Counted from the stretch's first letter, positions 1-10,411 are shown. The stretch: 64,000 nt of DNA from a virus (IMGVR_UViG_3300042691_043434:4713-68712), one strand, 5' to 3'. The notes: generated by a model not told the origin, from the sequence alone. Made by a program: numbers and translations.

Positions 1-3000
1 TGCATCACCAACAATCTTATATACCGGTTCGCGGAGGGCGTCGGCGAGTTCGTTGGGATCGGCGACAACGGAATTAGCGGTAACGGATAGTGATATGTTG
101 ACTTGTACGGGTTGATTACCGCCATTATTAACTACACCAGTCGTTCTGAGATTCTCACCAACCAAACCTGCTAGGATCGGGAAACCGTCTCTCGGGATGA
201 CGAATTCACCGTCGTTAACTACCATCGGCCGGTTACCACTGAGTCGGGCTTCAAGCGCCATGGTACCCCCGATGTAGTCTTTGCCTTCAGCGAAGTACGG
301 TAGTTGGAAACTAGAAGCTGATTTAAGACCGCTAATCGCTCCTTTGACCCAGTCTGGTTTCAAGGCTTCAGGCAGCCGATTAAACAGAGATTCTACTGTA
401 GATATAATTAGGCGAGGTAGGAGAGTAAAAGCACTAATCGACGCGTTGATCGCAAATACAAGAGAGTTGCCGAGACCTTTCAATAGTTCTCCCAAAAAAT
501 TACCAAATTTGGTGAAGTTTTCGCTAAACCCTTCAGAGAACCAGGATATTGTGTTTTGGAACCCGATTCCGATACCATCTACGAATTTTTTGATACCGTC
601 CCGTACGCCTTTATCCATTAACGGTGCTAGACCTCCTATGATACCACCGATAACCGCACCTGCCGCTGTTCCAACCCCAGGAGCAATCATAGATCCGATC
701 ATCGCTCCTGTGCTAGCGCCACCGAGACCGCTACCCAAAACTGATCCGACCGCACTCACTTGTTGGCCAGCATCGCCACCAATAGATCTGCCAAGCATTT
801 GTGATCCTAAGACTAGAGCGCCGCCAGCCAATGCTCCAGCCCCAAATCGTCTAAACGCCATTCCAGCCCTATTAGCCATTGGCATACCAAGAGAACGAGC
901 TCCAGCTCCACCTGGAATCATAGTTCCAGCAGCGAATAATCTAGCTGATGTAACCATATTAGCCATCAAGGTAGCACTGCTACGGTAGATAGTACTACCT
1001 AATGAAACTATACTACTCCCGGTGTTAGCTGCTACGGTAGAGACCGCTTTTGATGTTACGCTTGCAGCATTAGATAGCTTGGGCCCCAAAGAGCTTACAG
1101 CATTGACGACCGGATCTATGGAGGAAAGTATATTGCCAGGAATATTTCTTAAAAACTGACCAGCCTGATAGGGTACTGTTGGTGTACTTCTGAACGTGGG
1201 GAATGCACCTGGACGTAAGCCGGACAAGAACTGATTACCAATTCCCCTAGCACCAACATACGCAGTATTATAAAGATTTTCAACTCGCGCAAGCTGGTTA
1301 ACCGCAAATCCACCAGCTCTTTGAGCTAATGGACCGACAGCACCAAGATACCCTGAAGCAGTTGCAGCTCCACGTCCCAGTTGGTTAGATAAAAATCTTC
1401 CTGCTGCTTGTCCTGTCGGACCAACTGCTCCTAAGGTTCCAGAAATTCTTGCAGCTAATCCGGAATTTAAAAATCCAACTCTTGCAGAGTTAGCAGTTTT
1501 TAAAGCTCCTGGTACACCACTAAGTAATTGTGGAGCGAACCCGCCAAGTAGCGATAGCGTCGGATCTAAACCAGCTAGACCTAAGCCCATAGTTCGAAAC
1601 GCTGTCGCGCCTCTCCCTGTTCCAGTCATTACTCTTCCTGCAGCTCCGGCTAAACCGCCACCACCAGCTAGCATAAACGGTGCAACGGCACCAAGCAGGC
1701 CTAGTCCACCTTGACCTCCCGTCACATCGGTGATCATAGACGCACGGGCGATCATACCTAGTGGGCCGGGCAAAGTAGCCAGTAATGGCTTTATTACCTT
1801 GCTAAACCCTCCAAAAGCTTCATCGAGAAGGTTATTTATCCCCTTATTGAGTGCAGGTAAAACCGAACTCGCAATCTCTGGGGCTTTGTCAACAAGGGTT
1901 GCAAATAACTCCCTGATAAGGACAATCGCTGTCTTACCTACTTCCTCGAACAATGTACCAGCAATATCACTGACAAAACCAATTGCCTCATCATCATCAA
2001 GATTTCGGATACCCTCGCCAATATTTTTTATGTATTGGCGCATATTTGTACCGATTTCGATGATCACCTGCGTGATGTCTTCGGAATCAAACGTGCCACC
2101 CCTGATCTGGTCATATACCCCCTTGAACAATTCTCCGACCCGGCCAAAGGTTTCCCGGACCATGACTAGGATGTCCTTAAACCCGCTACTCTCAAAATAT
2201 GCGGTTAAGTCGTTGAAAATACGAGTTACGAACTGGATCGCGTCGATAAACGGCCGCATCGGGTCACCGATACCAAATATCTCCTGGATGCTGGAAAATA
2301 TCGCGCGGAACATCCCGTTCGATCCAAAGACCTGATCGACGAGTTTATAAACCTCATCGAACATAGTCGTTGATTTTCCGGTGCGGTCGATAACTTTACG
2401 CAATGACCCGAATACACCGGACTCGGTATTGAACAGTTTTGTGTTAAGGTCTTCTAGGATAATCCGGAAACCCGCTGCCCGTTTCGCCATCTCGGACAAC
2501 TGCTTAATGATCTCTGGATCATTAAGGATATCGGACAACACTTTCGTCCGTTCTTCCGGACTGTACAGCATGCCCTCGCCACCAACCCGTTTAATAATCT
2601 GTGACCCTAGGAACGATTGCATTGCATCGCCGCTATTCAGCATTTGCATGCCGGTAGCTTGACCCATCAGGAATTGTTGCGCGAGACCGCCGAAGTTTTC
2701 ACCCAGCCCGGCACGACGCATGTCTCGTTGGAACGACAAGATGCCTTTCGCCAGTTTGTTCCGTAGATCTTCAGACAGATTGATATCGATAAATGGAGTG
2801 GCCGCCAACGTCTTCTGGACATCCTTCATCGTGCCGCCAGCCCGTACCGCGACATTGTTTAACGCGGTGCCGATGTTCTGAGTGATTGATAGCGCGGATT
2901 CCGACGCAAAGCCTTTGAACGTTTGAGTTAGTAACGCGGCTTGGTTTTGGGCTGCGCGGAGTGACGATGCGCTAGCCAGTCCCTGTTCGCCAATGGCACG

Positions 3001-3162
3001 CTGAAAATCTCGATTGATCTGGCTTAGCGCGTTGCGGACGACATCGAGTTTTAGACCGCTAATTAAGAATTTGTTATCGAGGGATCGCGAAAACTTATTA
3101 AAATCCGCTAGAGCTCGGGCCGTGTTTGCTGTTACGTTAAGCCGGAGATTCGATATTGCCAT
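1..3162 (-). CDS. Tail tape measure protein (3' end runs off the window)
   Basis: Frame starts at ATG 3162 (MAISNLRLNVTANTARALADFNKFSRSL...) and is in the same frame at position 1. It has Ala/Gly-rich helical and hydrophobic segments and a C-terminal ...PYFAEG...VVNDGEFVIP... stretch typical of tape measures. It is missing from the ORF track, probably because no stop lies inside the window. Confidence 0.8.
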   Translation of the reverse strand, partial: MAISNLRLNVTANTARALADFNKFSRSLDNKFLISGLKLDVVRNALSQINRDFQRAIGEQGLASASSLRAAQNQAALLTQTFKGFASESALSITQNIGTALNNVAVRAGGTMKDVQKTLAATPFIDINLSEDLRNKLAKGILSFQRDMRRAGLGENFGGLAQQFLMGQATGMQMLNSGDAMQSFLGSQIIKRVGGEGMLYSPEERTKVLSDILNDPEIIKQLSEMAKRAAGFRIILEDLNTKLFNTESGVFGSLRKVIDRTGKSTTMFDEVYKLVDQVFGSNGMFRAIFSSIQEIFGIGDPMRPFIDAIQFVTRIFNDLTAYFESSGFKDILVMVRETFGRVGELFKGVYDQIRGGTFDSEDITQVIIEIGTNMRQYIKNIGEGIRNLDDDEAIGFVSDIAGTLFEEVGKTAIVLIRELFATLVDKAPEIASSVLPALNKGINNLLDEAFGGFSKVIKPLLATLPGPLGMIARASMITDVTGGQGGLGLLGAVAPFMLAGGGGLAGAAGRVMTGTGRGATAFRTMGLGLAGLDPTLSLLGGFAPQLLSGVPGALKTANSARVGFLNSGLAARISGTLGAVGPTGQAAGRFLSNQLGRGAATASGYLGAVGPLAQRAGGFAVNQLARVENLYNTAYVGARGIGNQFLSGLRPGAFPTFRSTPTVPYQAGQFLRNIPGNILSSIDPVVNAVSSLGPKLSNAASVTSKAVSTVAANTGSSIVSLGSTIYRSSATLMANMVTSARLFAAGTMIPGGAGARSLGMPMANRAGMAFRRFGAGALAGGALVLGSQMLGRSIGGDAGQQVSAVGSVLGSGLGGASTGAMIGSMIAPGVGTAAGAVIGGIIGGLAPLMDKGVRDGIKKFVDGIGIGFQNTISWFSEGFSENFTKFGNFLGELLKGLGNSLVFAINASISAFTLLPRLIISTVESLFNRLPEALKPDWVKGAISGLKSASSFQLPYFAEGKDYIGGTMALEARLSGNRPMVVNDGEFVIPRDGFPILAGLVGENLRTTGVVNNGGNQPVQVNISLSVTANSVVADPNELADALREPVYKIVGDA

Positions 3163-3171
3163 ATTTACTTA

Positions 3172-5028
3172 TCAAAACCTCTGATACGTACTACCGTTGC
3201 ATCTAAGTCTTATACCAGAGCAAGTGGTAGTAGGAGCAAATCCAGAACACTTAGCACCCAGATTTCTAGCCTTACATTGAGCTTCCTCTTCAGCTTTTTT
3301 AGCTTGTTCTGCAGCCTTTTTCTGAGATTTACTAATTTGATCAAATGCTTTTTTACATACTTGACTTTTTGAATAGGTATCAGAAGCTACCTTGTACGAG
3401 TTCACCACTGACACGACTAGCTTAGCGGCATCTCTGTAGTCGGGATAACCCCCAAACGGAGTGCTTTCTTTGATTACTTTTATTGCTTCGTCTACTCGGA
3501 CTCCTAATGTTTCCGATCCAGTTCGACTTTTTATTAAAGATCTATACACAGAAGAAAGAGAAGGTTCTTCATAGCTTTTTTGAAACAATCTTGCAAATTC
3601 TTCTACATAGCTCTGAATCGCATTTCTCTGTCTTATCACAGAAATGTCAGAATTGGGCTTAGAAATACTTTCTCTAATAGCTTTTTCTTCTAATGATTTG
3701 AAGTTGTTATATAATTCTCTTGCCTTTTCGCACTTCCTGACTTCGTTCAGATTTAAACTATTAGGTTGTTTACCACCCCCTCCACCTGGCTTACTCGCAG
3801 GAGGTTGTTCTGGCTCAGGAGTAGAGCTACTTGGTTCTGCCGTGCTAGCCGGTACCAGCGGGTCGTTGACGGTCGATTGCCGACCAGGCCGCAACACATC
3901 AACAAATCCGTCATTGATCGTCCATTCGGGTACCTGTTCGAGTTCGAACGACACCTCCGCATTGACCAGTAATCCGTTGTCCCACGCCTTCTCCCTGACT
4001 TGCACATTCTGGATGACGCACGGCCCGAATACCCTCTTGCCCCACACAAACTCCAGGACCGGGGGGCCATCGGCACCATTCTCCCCATCCCGGGCGGTGA
4101 ATAGTTCCTGCAAGCCGCGTTCCAATGAGTCGACTCGCTTACCGAAACTGTATCCGTGCAGTAGTACTTTGCCGAAAGTGAGTTTCCGGTTTTTGTTTGA
4201 ACGCCAGGATAAGGGCTGACCGCTATTTGCGGGGTCAGAAACTCCCCATGTTTCCGCACGGTTAAAATCCGGACCGGAACTGAGTTGGAGCTCTTCGGGA
4301 TTGAAGAGGAACGTCCAGACTGCTTCAGACGGAATAACGAATGGCGTGGTAGCCAACGCTCCTGAGGGGTTCGCGCTATAGGTTTTGCCGGAGACTGGTT
4401 GGGAGACACTCGCTGGAACTGGGACCCGAGTTGGCACTGGCTGCCTCGGTCGACTCTGATACGCCGTATTATCGGGAACTTTAGCAATTACCCTGGTTTC
4501 GCTTCCGGTTACTTCTTCTACACCATAGCCGGGGCTTACAAATGATTCGTCAACACTACTAAAATATTTCTGATTCATTTCCTCCTGCAAAGCCTTTTGT
4601 GCATCGGTAGGAGTATCGTTTTGCGGTTCTTGACTAACCGGTTGTTTTTGTTGCGTACCCTTTCTCGACCAGTAACGGATATACGCAATTGCTTCCGACA
4701 TCGAGCAAGCGGTACCGGGTATAAAGGTAATATTCCCTAAAGCCCTTTCGTTATTATAAATAACGTCATAGTTCGCGCCACGGATTGTTTTTACGGTGGT
4801 GGCGGTTTCGACTTCTGGAACTTCAGGATTATTTGGTTGACTGTAGTCGGTAAATACCGGAGACGTGTCAAACGCGACTAGCCCATCATCTATGGCAAAT
4901 TCACCCTGGAATAATTCAGAACCTAAAGTACCTGAATCTACAGACTCTTGGATAAACCCTTCTACAGACTCTTTACGTAGATCTGTAAAGCCTGGAGATT
5001 CAAGATAGTCTTCAGCTCTGGTCGCCAC
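3172..5028 (-). CDS. Tail tube initiator / CIS-tube-domain baseplate protein with N- and C-terminal extensions
   Basis: Central WTFLFNPEELQLS...QPLSW...RKLTF...PPVLEFVWG...VIQNVQV...AEVSFELEQ matches the contractile-tail tube-initiator fold; adjacent to the tape measure gene. Confidence 0.65.
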   Translation of the reverse strand: MATRAEDYLESPGFTDLRKESVEGFIQESVDSGTLGSELFQGEFAIDDGLVAFDTSPVFTDYSQPNNPEVPEVETATTVKTIRGANYDVIYNNERALGNITFIPGTACSMSEAIAYIRYWSRKGTQQKQPVSQEPQNDTPTDAQKALQEEMNQKYFSSVDESFVSPGYGVEEVTGSETRVIAKVPDNTAYQSRPRQPVPTRVPVPASVSQPVSGKTYSANPSGALATTPFVIPSEAVWTFLFNPEELQLSSGPDFNRAETWGVSDPANSGQPLSWRSNKNRKLTFGKVLLHGYSFGKRVDSLERGLQELFTARDGENGADGPPVLEFVWGKRVFGPCVIQNVQVREKAWDNGLLVNAEVSFELEQVPEWTINDGFVDVLRPGRQSTVNDPLVPASTAEPSSSTPEPEQPPASKPGGGGGKQPNSLNLNEVRKCEKARELYNNFKSLEEKAIRESISKPNSDISVIRQRNAIQSYVEEFARLFQKSYEEPSLSSVYRSLIKSRTGSETLGVRVDEAIKVIKESTPFGGYPDYRDAAKLVVSVVNSYKVASDTYSKSQVCKKAFDQISKSQKKAAEQAKKAEEEAQCKARNLGAKCSGFAPTTTCSGIRLRCNGSTYQRF

Positions 5029-5050
5029 GCCATTTCCACGGTCCTATAAC

Positions 5051-5059
5051 GCTTTCAAC
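5051..5059 (-). promoter_or_regulatory. Putative phage late promoter motif GTTGAAAGC-N4-TAG
   Basis: GTTGAAAGC GTTA TAG, 22 nt before GTG 5028. Confidence 0.7.
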
Positions 5060-6042
5060 TAGACTGGCGGCTCAGCATGGTCGTAGCTCCAAGCGATTGC
5101 GTTACGGACTACAGCGTCAACGTCTTTATCCCAATCTGAGAAATACGGATTGTTATTTATACGTTCTATCACCCACTCGTAGACAACATTACCAACCATC
5201 TCTGGCATACGGGCAATGCGGCTAGTGCGTTTCCAAACACACTCATAACGACTTGAGCCGTCCGAGCCGTCAAAGTTTTCGATCTCACGCAAGATACCCA
5301 GCACCTTACGTTTTACAAAGTCGCGCTTTCCGCGCGGTAACTTGTTAAATATCTTCCGCTGATCGTCAATGGTTCCCCAGTCCGGATCGTGGTCTTTGGG
5401 TTCGTGGACATGAGAAACGACGTACCGTTCAGCGTTTACGGACTTAGCTATAGCGGCTAGGGTTTCAACCGATGTAACCGCATCGTTATCTAAGTGGATG
5501 ATAGAGTCCGGTCGCGAGCCAAAATACATCCGGGCGGTATCAACACATGCCCGATCGCCTCCCAACGCATGAGCGAGACCGGTAGACAAGAGTTTAGCCG
5601 TAGCAAGATCGATAATTTCCGTATCGAGGAAAATAATCCCCCGAAGTTTCGGGTGTTCGGGGGTGCTGGAGAACGAGTGGTGAAGAATGTTGAAACGGAT
5701 GCCGAGCTGGCCGGCGACGGTCACAATCTCGTCGACGCTGTCTCCCGCATCGTAATCGACACCAAGTACCTGACAGCTTGCGAACAATCCCTCTACCCTG
5801 CGTCTCCTCCTCCAATCCGGACACACATTGAACACAAACGGAGACCAGGTTTGGCCGCGAACGATCGCTCGGGCGAGAGATTTTGGTGTCACGTCAGATG
5901 TCTCGGTCCCGAGCCTTGCTCCGAGCACCCTGACCTCCGTCTTTGGATTCCCGTACTTATCTGTCTCCTTGCCGTACTGAAGAGCTGTGCTGGGCTTATG
6001 GTCCCAGCCTTCGGAGTCGAGGGAGATGGTGGCGGTGGTCAT
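5059..6042 (-). CDS. Primase-polymerase-like (AEP superfamily) protein
   Basis: WSPFVF, VLGVDYD (DxD), HHSFSS, KLRGIIFL and GGDRACVDTARMYFG motifs. Likely start is ATG 6042, downstream of an extended -10 box. Confidence 0.6.
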   Translation of the reverse strand: MTTATISLDSEGWDHKPSTALQYGKETDKYGNPKTEVRVLGARLGTETSDVTPKSLARAIVRGQTWSPFVFNVCPDWRRRRRVEGLFASCQVLGVDYDAGDSVDEIVTVAGQLGIRFNILHHSFSSTPEHPKLRGIIFLDTEIIDLATAKLLSTGLAHALGGDRACVDTARMYFGSRPDSIIHLDNDAVTSVETLAAIAKSVNAERYVVSHVHEPKDHDPDWGTIDDQRKIFNKLPRGKRDFVKRKVLGILREIENFDGSDGSSRYECVWKRTSRIARMPEMVGNVVYEWVIERINNNPYFSDWDKDVDAVVRNAIAWSYDHAEPPV

Positions 6043-6068
6043 GGGTGTGTGTGGGTGGGCGGGCGAGT

Positions 6069-6079
6069 ATTGTACCACA
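6069..6079 (-). promoter_or_regulatory. Host sigma70-type extended -10 promoter
   Basis: TGTGGTACAAT upstream of the primase-like gene. Confidence 0.55.
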
Positions 6080-6085
6080 GAACGG

Positions 6086-7924
6086 TCAGAGTTTACTTGG
6101 ATCGTAGCCAGCCGAATATAGCCACGAACTTTCGCAACGCTTTGACTTATCGGTAATATGTTTAACCTCTTCCGGATCGGTAATAGTAGCCATCAGATCA
6201 TTCGCCAACTTATATATCTTATTTTTCTCACCCCTAATTTGTTCCCAAACCCTAACAATATGTGACGCTTTCTTCGCCATGCTGAATCCGTCACGTAGAG
6301 TCAACGCGTTAAACACACTTTCGATCGCTAAGGTCAAATCTTTATCCGACTGATAGTTACCGAAAATTTCGTAGGATTTGTCCACACTCGTGATCAACAT
6401 CTTCCTCTGCGCCCAGTACGGGTGAGTTTGGTCACGTTTTGCCGCCTCCCAATTTGCCTTCATATTCCGCCTCAACGTATTCGCTTTCATATCGATCATG
6501 ATGTATCGCGTCGATTCAAGTATAGTCGCCAACGATCCCAGCGTTAGTTCGGGAAGATATGAGCCTTGACCCTTTTGATCTCTAATTGCGTATGATAACA
6601 TACACAGACGGACGAAACACTCCAGAGCGTTTTTATGAATTTGTATACGAAGATAAGGTAGTAGCTGCTCACTGTAAAAGTGAACGTCTTCGCCCGCCCG
6701 GACTTTGCCGAGAAAAAAGTCCGTACATTCACGCATTACTCTCATGAATAGTGTGACTTCGTCCACACCGTACTTCTTACACAAGTATTTGATATTCGCG
6801 ACCGGGTGCATGTCTCTGCCTTCTTTTTCTGACATTTCTTCTTGTTCGAAGACTCGGTAGGTAGATATGAGGGCTAGGCGGCTAATTGCTCCCGAATCCA
6901 GACTGTAAGATATCTCCGGCCTAATCTCATTACAGTTCGCAACCAGTACCGTATTCGATACCACTTCGATTGCGTCAGTGCCTTTGTTTTCTACTTTCTC
7001 CGTGCCACCGGTCACCACGCTCTTGAACGAATGGGAATTTAGCATCCGCTCCAACGAGTCGAGTGTCAGGTCGTCGTTATAGGCTAAGTGCGAGCTGATA
7101 ACCGAACCCTGGTTAAATCTCGATCCAAACTGGCCGAAATTTACAACATTAAACCCACAGTACTGCATTGCCTTAAGAACACCATTCAATACTGTACTCT
7201 TGCCGACGCCCGGTTCACCAACGATAATACCCGCTTTTCGGAATCCGTGCTTGATTACTTCGTTAGTTCCTGGATGAACGTTACCAGTCCGACCTACGCA
7301 CGCCCTGCCGATAATCAGTTTGAACATTTCCGCTTCGGCCGGTGGAAATACGGTGATAATATCCTCGAACTTCATCTCCCTTATCGGTTTGTCAAACCAG
7401 TCTAGCTCTGGTACATACGCAAATACGTTGTTTAAGGTTCGGCTGGTAAATAACGCTTGGATTTTAGTTGGTTCATAGGCGATGCCAAGGTCATAAGTGC
7501 CGCCGCCGAGTTTTTTATGTCTCAACGCTTTGAGATTCTCGAGCCCAAGTACGTAGTCGGTGATTTCACTTGAACGGCCGGATCGATAAATGAATAGCGG
7601 CTGGACAAACTCCTTAATCTCTTGCGTACTAGAAAACATTGAGCTTTCGGTGTTTAAAAGCTCGTTTTGGATAAGCTCAAGGGTTACTTCTGAGGCTGGG
7701 ACAAGAAACTCAAACCAGTCCGGATAACGCATTCCCTTTGGACTGGTAGAGTTATTAATACCCGACGGGCTAAACCTCTCGTAAAGATCGTGGTACGAGG
7801 TGAGTTTTGAGTCGAGGTTGATGCGCATGAAGAAACCTTGCGCTTCTAGCATATGAATGCCTTCTGAGTATTTGGCCGCTGGACCCTTATTGACCAGATC
7901 GGCATCCGATGAGTTCTTAGCCAT
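6086..7924 (-). CDS. SF3 (D5-like) DNA helicase
   Basis: Walker A GEPGVGKST, Walker B LAYNDD, motif C LVANCN, and KSVVTGG...VENKG. Confidence 0.75.
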   Translation of the reverse strand: MAKNSSDADLVNKGPAAKYSEGIHMLEAQGFFMRINLDSKLTSYHDLYERFSPSGINNSTSPKGMRYPDWFEFLVPASEVTLELIQNELLNTESSMFSSTQEIKEFVQPLFIYRSGRSSEITDYVLGLENLKALRHKKLGGGTYDLGIAYEPTKIQALFTSRTLNNVFAYVPELDWFDKPIREMKFEDIITVFPPAEAEMFKLIIGRACVGRTGNVHPGTNEVIKHGFRKAGIIVGEPGVGKSTVLNGVLKAMQYCGFNVVNFGQFGSRFNQGSVISSHLAYNDDLTLDSLERMLNSHSFKSVVTGGTEKVENKGTDAIEVVSNTVLVANCNEIRPEISYSLDSGAISRLALISTYRVFEQEEMSEKEGRDMHPVANIKYLCKKYGVDEVTLFMRVMRECTDFFLGKVRAGEDVHFYSEQLLPYLRIQIHKNALECFVRLCMLSYAIRDQKGQGSYLPELTLGSLATILESTRYIMIDMKANTLRRNMKANWEAAKRDQTHPYWAQRKMLITSVDKSYEIFGNYQSDKDLTLAIESVFNALTLRDGFSMAKKASHIVRVWEQIRGEKNKIYKLANDLMATITDPEEVKHITDKSKRCESSWLYSAGYDPSKL

Positions 7925-9128
7925 CTACTTTCGCTCCGTAACGGAGAAGCGTAGCCTTGTAGTCCTTCCTCGACTCTTTTAACGCCTTGAGGAGGCCGGC
8001 GTTATAGGCCGGATCACTTGATTTCCTCTGTTCGTCAAGTTCTTTGATCCTCACCCGGGCTGCGTCGTCGTCACTCGCCACTTTAGCGCATTTCGCGAAG
8101 TCGTCAGGGTCCGGAAGATTAAGACAGTATTTCTTGTTTAGCCCTCGGAGTTCTGGATGCAGCGCTTCGCGCCTTTCTCGCCGCGACTTCTCGGCGAACG
8201 TTGCGATGTCGTGAGGGGTGGGAGGAGGAATCTCTGGCAGGAACATGCCTAGCGACTGAAGGTAGCGGCCTGCCCGTTCCAGGTGATCGGAACGGTTGGA
8301 AGGCCGGGTGTCGGCGATAATCTGGCGAAGAGTGGCTTCCTCGTCGGGCGTCCAGCCCCACACAGGGTCTTCGTCGTATAGGTCGAAGAAACGGAGTGGG
8401 GTCCCAGGTAACAGGTTGTCGCCCGCGTCACCAACTTCCACCTTCACCGTATACGTCTCCCGCGCAGTCGAGATGTTCAGTTTTTCCTTACGGAGGTAGT
8501 AGTCACAGACTTCGGTCTCGGTACGTATTCTTGGTAGCCAGGGGCCGGTATTACACCATACGATTTTATGCGGATCGGAAACCAATCCTTGCCAGTCACC
8601 GTCAACCGTAGACAGCAAAACATATCTGTCAAGAGCCGGTTCAGTTCGTTGGATTCGGGCGATTTTCCCCGCAATGTCGTCTGCTTCGTAATAAACTTTA
8701 TCGAAAAAGGCGAACGTCGACCCGGGGGACTGAATGTACTTATAACCTTCTTCGAGAATGATAGGAAACAGCGATGGCTTGTCCGGTCGTCCGCCTTTGT
8801 ATTCCGGCATTTCGAGTTTATGGGCCTCAAGGTGACGCCAATACCCTGTTATACCTGTGCCCTCAAACTCTCCCTTGTTGTCATCGACAACAATCGCGGT
8901 AAAATCACGAGGCGGCAAAGAATCGATTCCTCGGTTCAACCGGTACGCCCACAACGCTCGGACAATCGTTCGGAGCCGTTTCTCATCCCCCTCAACCAAA
9001 TGTTCGACACTTTCTGTGAACGAGTGGACGTTATGGGCGTAAACTTTGAAGTCGATGACGACAAGCGGGAGGTAAGGCTCGTTATCGAGCTGGTCTTCCA
9101 GCCATTTTTCCTTGAGTTCCGGGAGCAT
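7917..9128 (-). CDS. 5'-3' exonuclease / flap endonuclease (phage RNase H-like)
   Basis: VVIDFK, YKGGR, YEADDIAG, TVDGDWQGLV and GDAGDNLLPG motifs. Confidence 0.85.
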   Translation of the reverse strand: MLPELKEKWLEDQLDNEPYLPLVVIDFKVYAHNVHSFTESVEHLVEGDEKRLRTIVRALWAYRLNRGIDSLPPRDFTAIVVDDNKGEFEGTGITGYWRHLEAHKLEMPEYKGGRPDKPSLFPIILEEGYKYIQSPGSTFAFFDKVYYEADDIAGKIARIQRTEPALDRYVLLSTVDGDWQGLVSDPHKIVWCNTGPWLPRIRTETEVCDYYLRKEKLNISTARETYTVKVEVGDAGDNLLPGTPLRFFDLYDEDPVWGWTPDEEATLRQIIADTRPSNRSDHLERAGRYLQSLGMFLPEIPPPTPHDIATFAEKSRRERREALHPELRGLNKKYCLNLPDPDDFAKCAKVASDDDAARVRIKELDEQRKSSDPAYNAGLLKALKESRKDYKATLLRYGAKVDG

Positions 9129-9152
9129 TAGTACGTTTGTTCTTATGCTCCC

Positions 9153-9161
9153 ATTCTATCA
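9153..9161 (-). promoter_or_regulatory. Host sigma70-type extended -10 promoter
   Basis: TGATAGAAT upstream of the exonuclease-helicase pair. Confidence 0.45.
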
Positions 9162-9389
9162 GGTTCCGAGGTACTTCGCGCTGAGCACGCGCTGCGCTTT
9201 CACGAATTTTCTGATCGGGTAGTTGACGATCATCGCCCATTCCAACAACGGTCGGATCTTCATCTCGGTCAGAGATAGGTCGAGACCCGGGTCGGAGTCC
9301 GACACAAAGAACTTCTCACCGTCGCGAGCGACGACGAGTACGTCGACATCCTTGTCGAACCGGATCGGCTTCTGCAGCTTTTCAATCAC
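9159..9389 (-). CDS. Hypothetical protein (76 aa)
   Basis: Fills the gap in a tightly packed minus-strand gene run; GTG start. Confidence 0.6.
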   Translation of the reverse strand: MIEKLQKPIRFDKDVDVLVVARDGEKFFVSDSDPGLDLSLTEMKIRPLLEWAMIVNYPIRKFVKAQRVLSAKYLGT

Positions 9390-9391
9390 TG

Positions 9392-9841
9392 TTACGCCTG
9401 CCTCCCTTTGTAACCTTTCTTCGCAATGCGACGGATTTGCGGATCGGTTTCGGGGGCTTTTGGTACCTCACGCTTTAGGGAAGCATCAGCACCCGCTTCG
9501 CCTTTACCCTCCTCGTCATCACGCTTGAATTGTTTTCTGATTGCGGTTGGCGACAGGCCCGCTGCGTTTTTGGACGGCACGCACGCACCGCCTTTAGTTT
9601 CAGTGCCTGGCGGGCATGGTTCACCAGGCCGAACACGCTTACCGCCTGGAGCTACGCGCCAATTCATAGACGCTTCCGGGCCATCATCGCCAAACGACAC
9701 ACGTTCGGACGAGTTTTCGTGGGAACCAGGGTCGCCCAGATTTGGCATTTTTACCTCACTCTGGCCGATCGGGGTGCCGGAAACCCAGTTATTCTCAGGC
9801 GCCACACCCCAATCTTTTGGCTTTTCGTAATAATCAGACAT
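9392..9841 (-). CDS. Hypothetical Gly/Pro-rich protein, probably late-expressed
   Basis: 149-aa ORF preceded by the GTTGAAAGC motif. Confidence 0.65.
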   Translation of the reverse strand: MSDYYEKPKDWGVAPENNWVSGTPIGQSEVKMPNLGDPGSHENSSERVSFGDDGPEASMNWRVAPGGKRVRPGEPCPPGTETKGGACVPSKNAAGLSPTAIRKQFKRDDEEGKGEAGADASLKREVPKAPETDPQIRRIAKKGYKGRQA

Positions 9842-9853
9842 CGTGAAACCAAT

Positions 9854-10375
9854 CTACTTAGCTTTCAACACGTTAAGAAGGGACTGAACAATGGTGTTGT
9901 CGCTTTCGCCGATTTTATCCGCAATGACTCCGGTCCCCAGGGCTACGAAGTCTTCAGCCTTTACACGACCTGGTGGGAGTTGACCGTACAAGTCGACGCT
10001 ACGTTTTGTTACGTTTTCGACAGCGGGTGGCAGCAGGCTGGACGGGTTCCTGACAACTTTCTTTTCAGCGATCTCGGGGTTCCATTGACTTGTCACATAA
10101 CGAGTAACTTTACGGACCTCGTTAGCGGACAAGGAGTTGTCCCGTAACATCTCGACAATACTGCCAACAATAACCCGGATCTCTGAGTCGTTGTATTTGT
10201 GGGTTCGGCCGTATGTGAGCCAGAAGCCGTCTACCGCGTTAAAAACGTCTGCGATGTACTCGGTGTCGAACGAGTGACGGCTGAGAAGATGACGGTTAAT
10301 AGTATTAGCGATTAGGGTGTAAGCGCGATCGAGGATGCCTAGGTTGTCAAGGGTGTTGAAGGTAAAATTGACCAT
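9854..10375 (-). CDS. Hypothetical protein (173 aa)
   Basis: ATG start with TGTTATAAT upstream. Confidence 0.7.
   Translation of the reverse strand: MVNFTFNTLDNLGILDRAYTLIANTINRHLLSRHSFDTEYIADVFNAVDGFWLTYGRTHKYNDSEIRVIVGSIVEMLRDNSLSANEVRKVTRYVTSQWNPEIAEKKVVRNPSSLLPPAVENVTKRSVDLYGQLPPGRVKAEDFVALGTGVIADKIGESDNTIVQSLLNVLKAK
9861..9869 (-). promoter_or_regulatory. Putative phage late promoter motif
   Basis: GTTGAAAGC TAAG TAG, 19 nt before ATG 9841 and overlapping the end of the upstream gene. Confidence 0.65.
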
Positions 10376-10399
10376 GGTGGGAATGGGGACTATATGGCA

Positions 10400-10408
10400 A
10401 TTATAACA
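10400..10408 (-). promoter_or_regulatory. Host sigma70-type extended -10 promoter
   Basis: TGTTATAAT. Confidence 0.6.
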
Positions 10409-10411
10409 CGG

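Noticed and set aside
281-2662. Plus-strand ORFs 281-988, 1730-2335 and 2381-2662
   Set aside because: Antisense shadows of the minus-strand tape measure gene.
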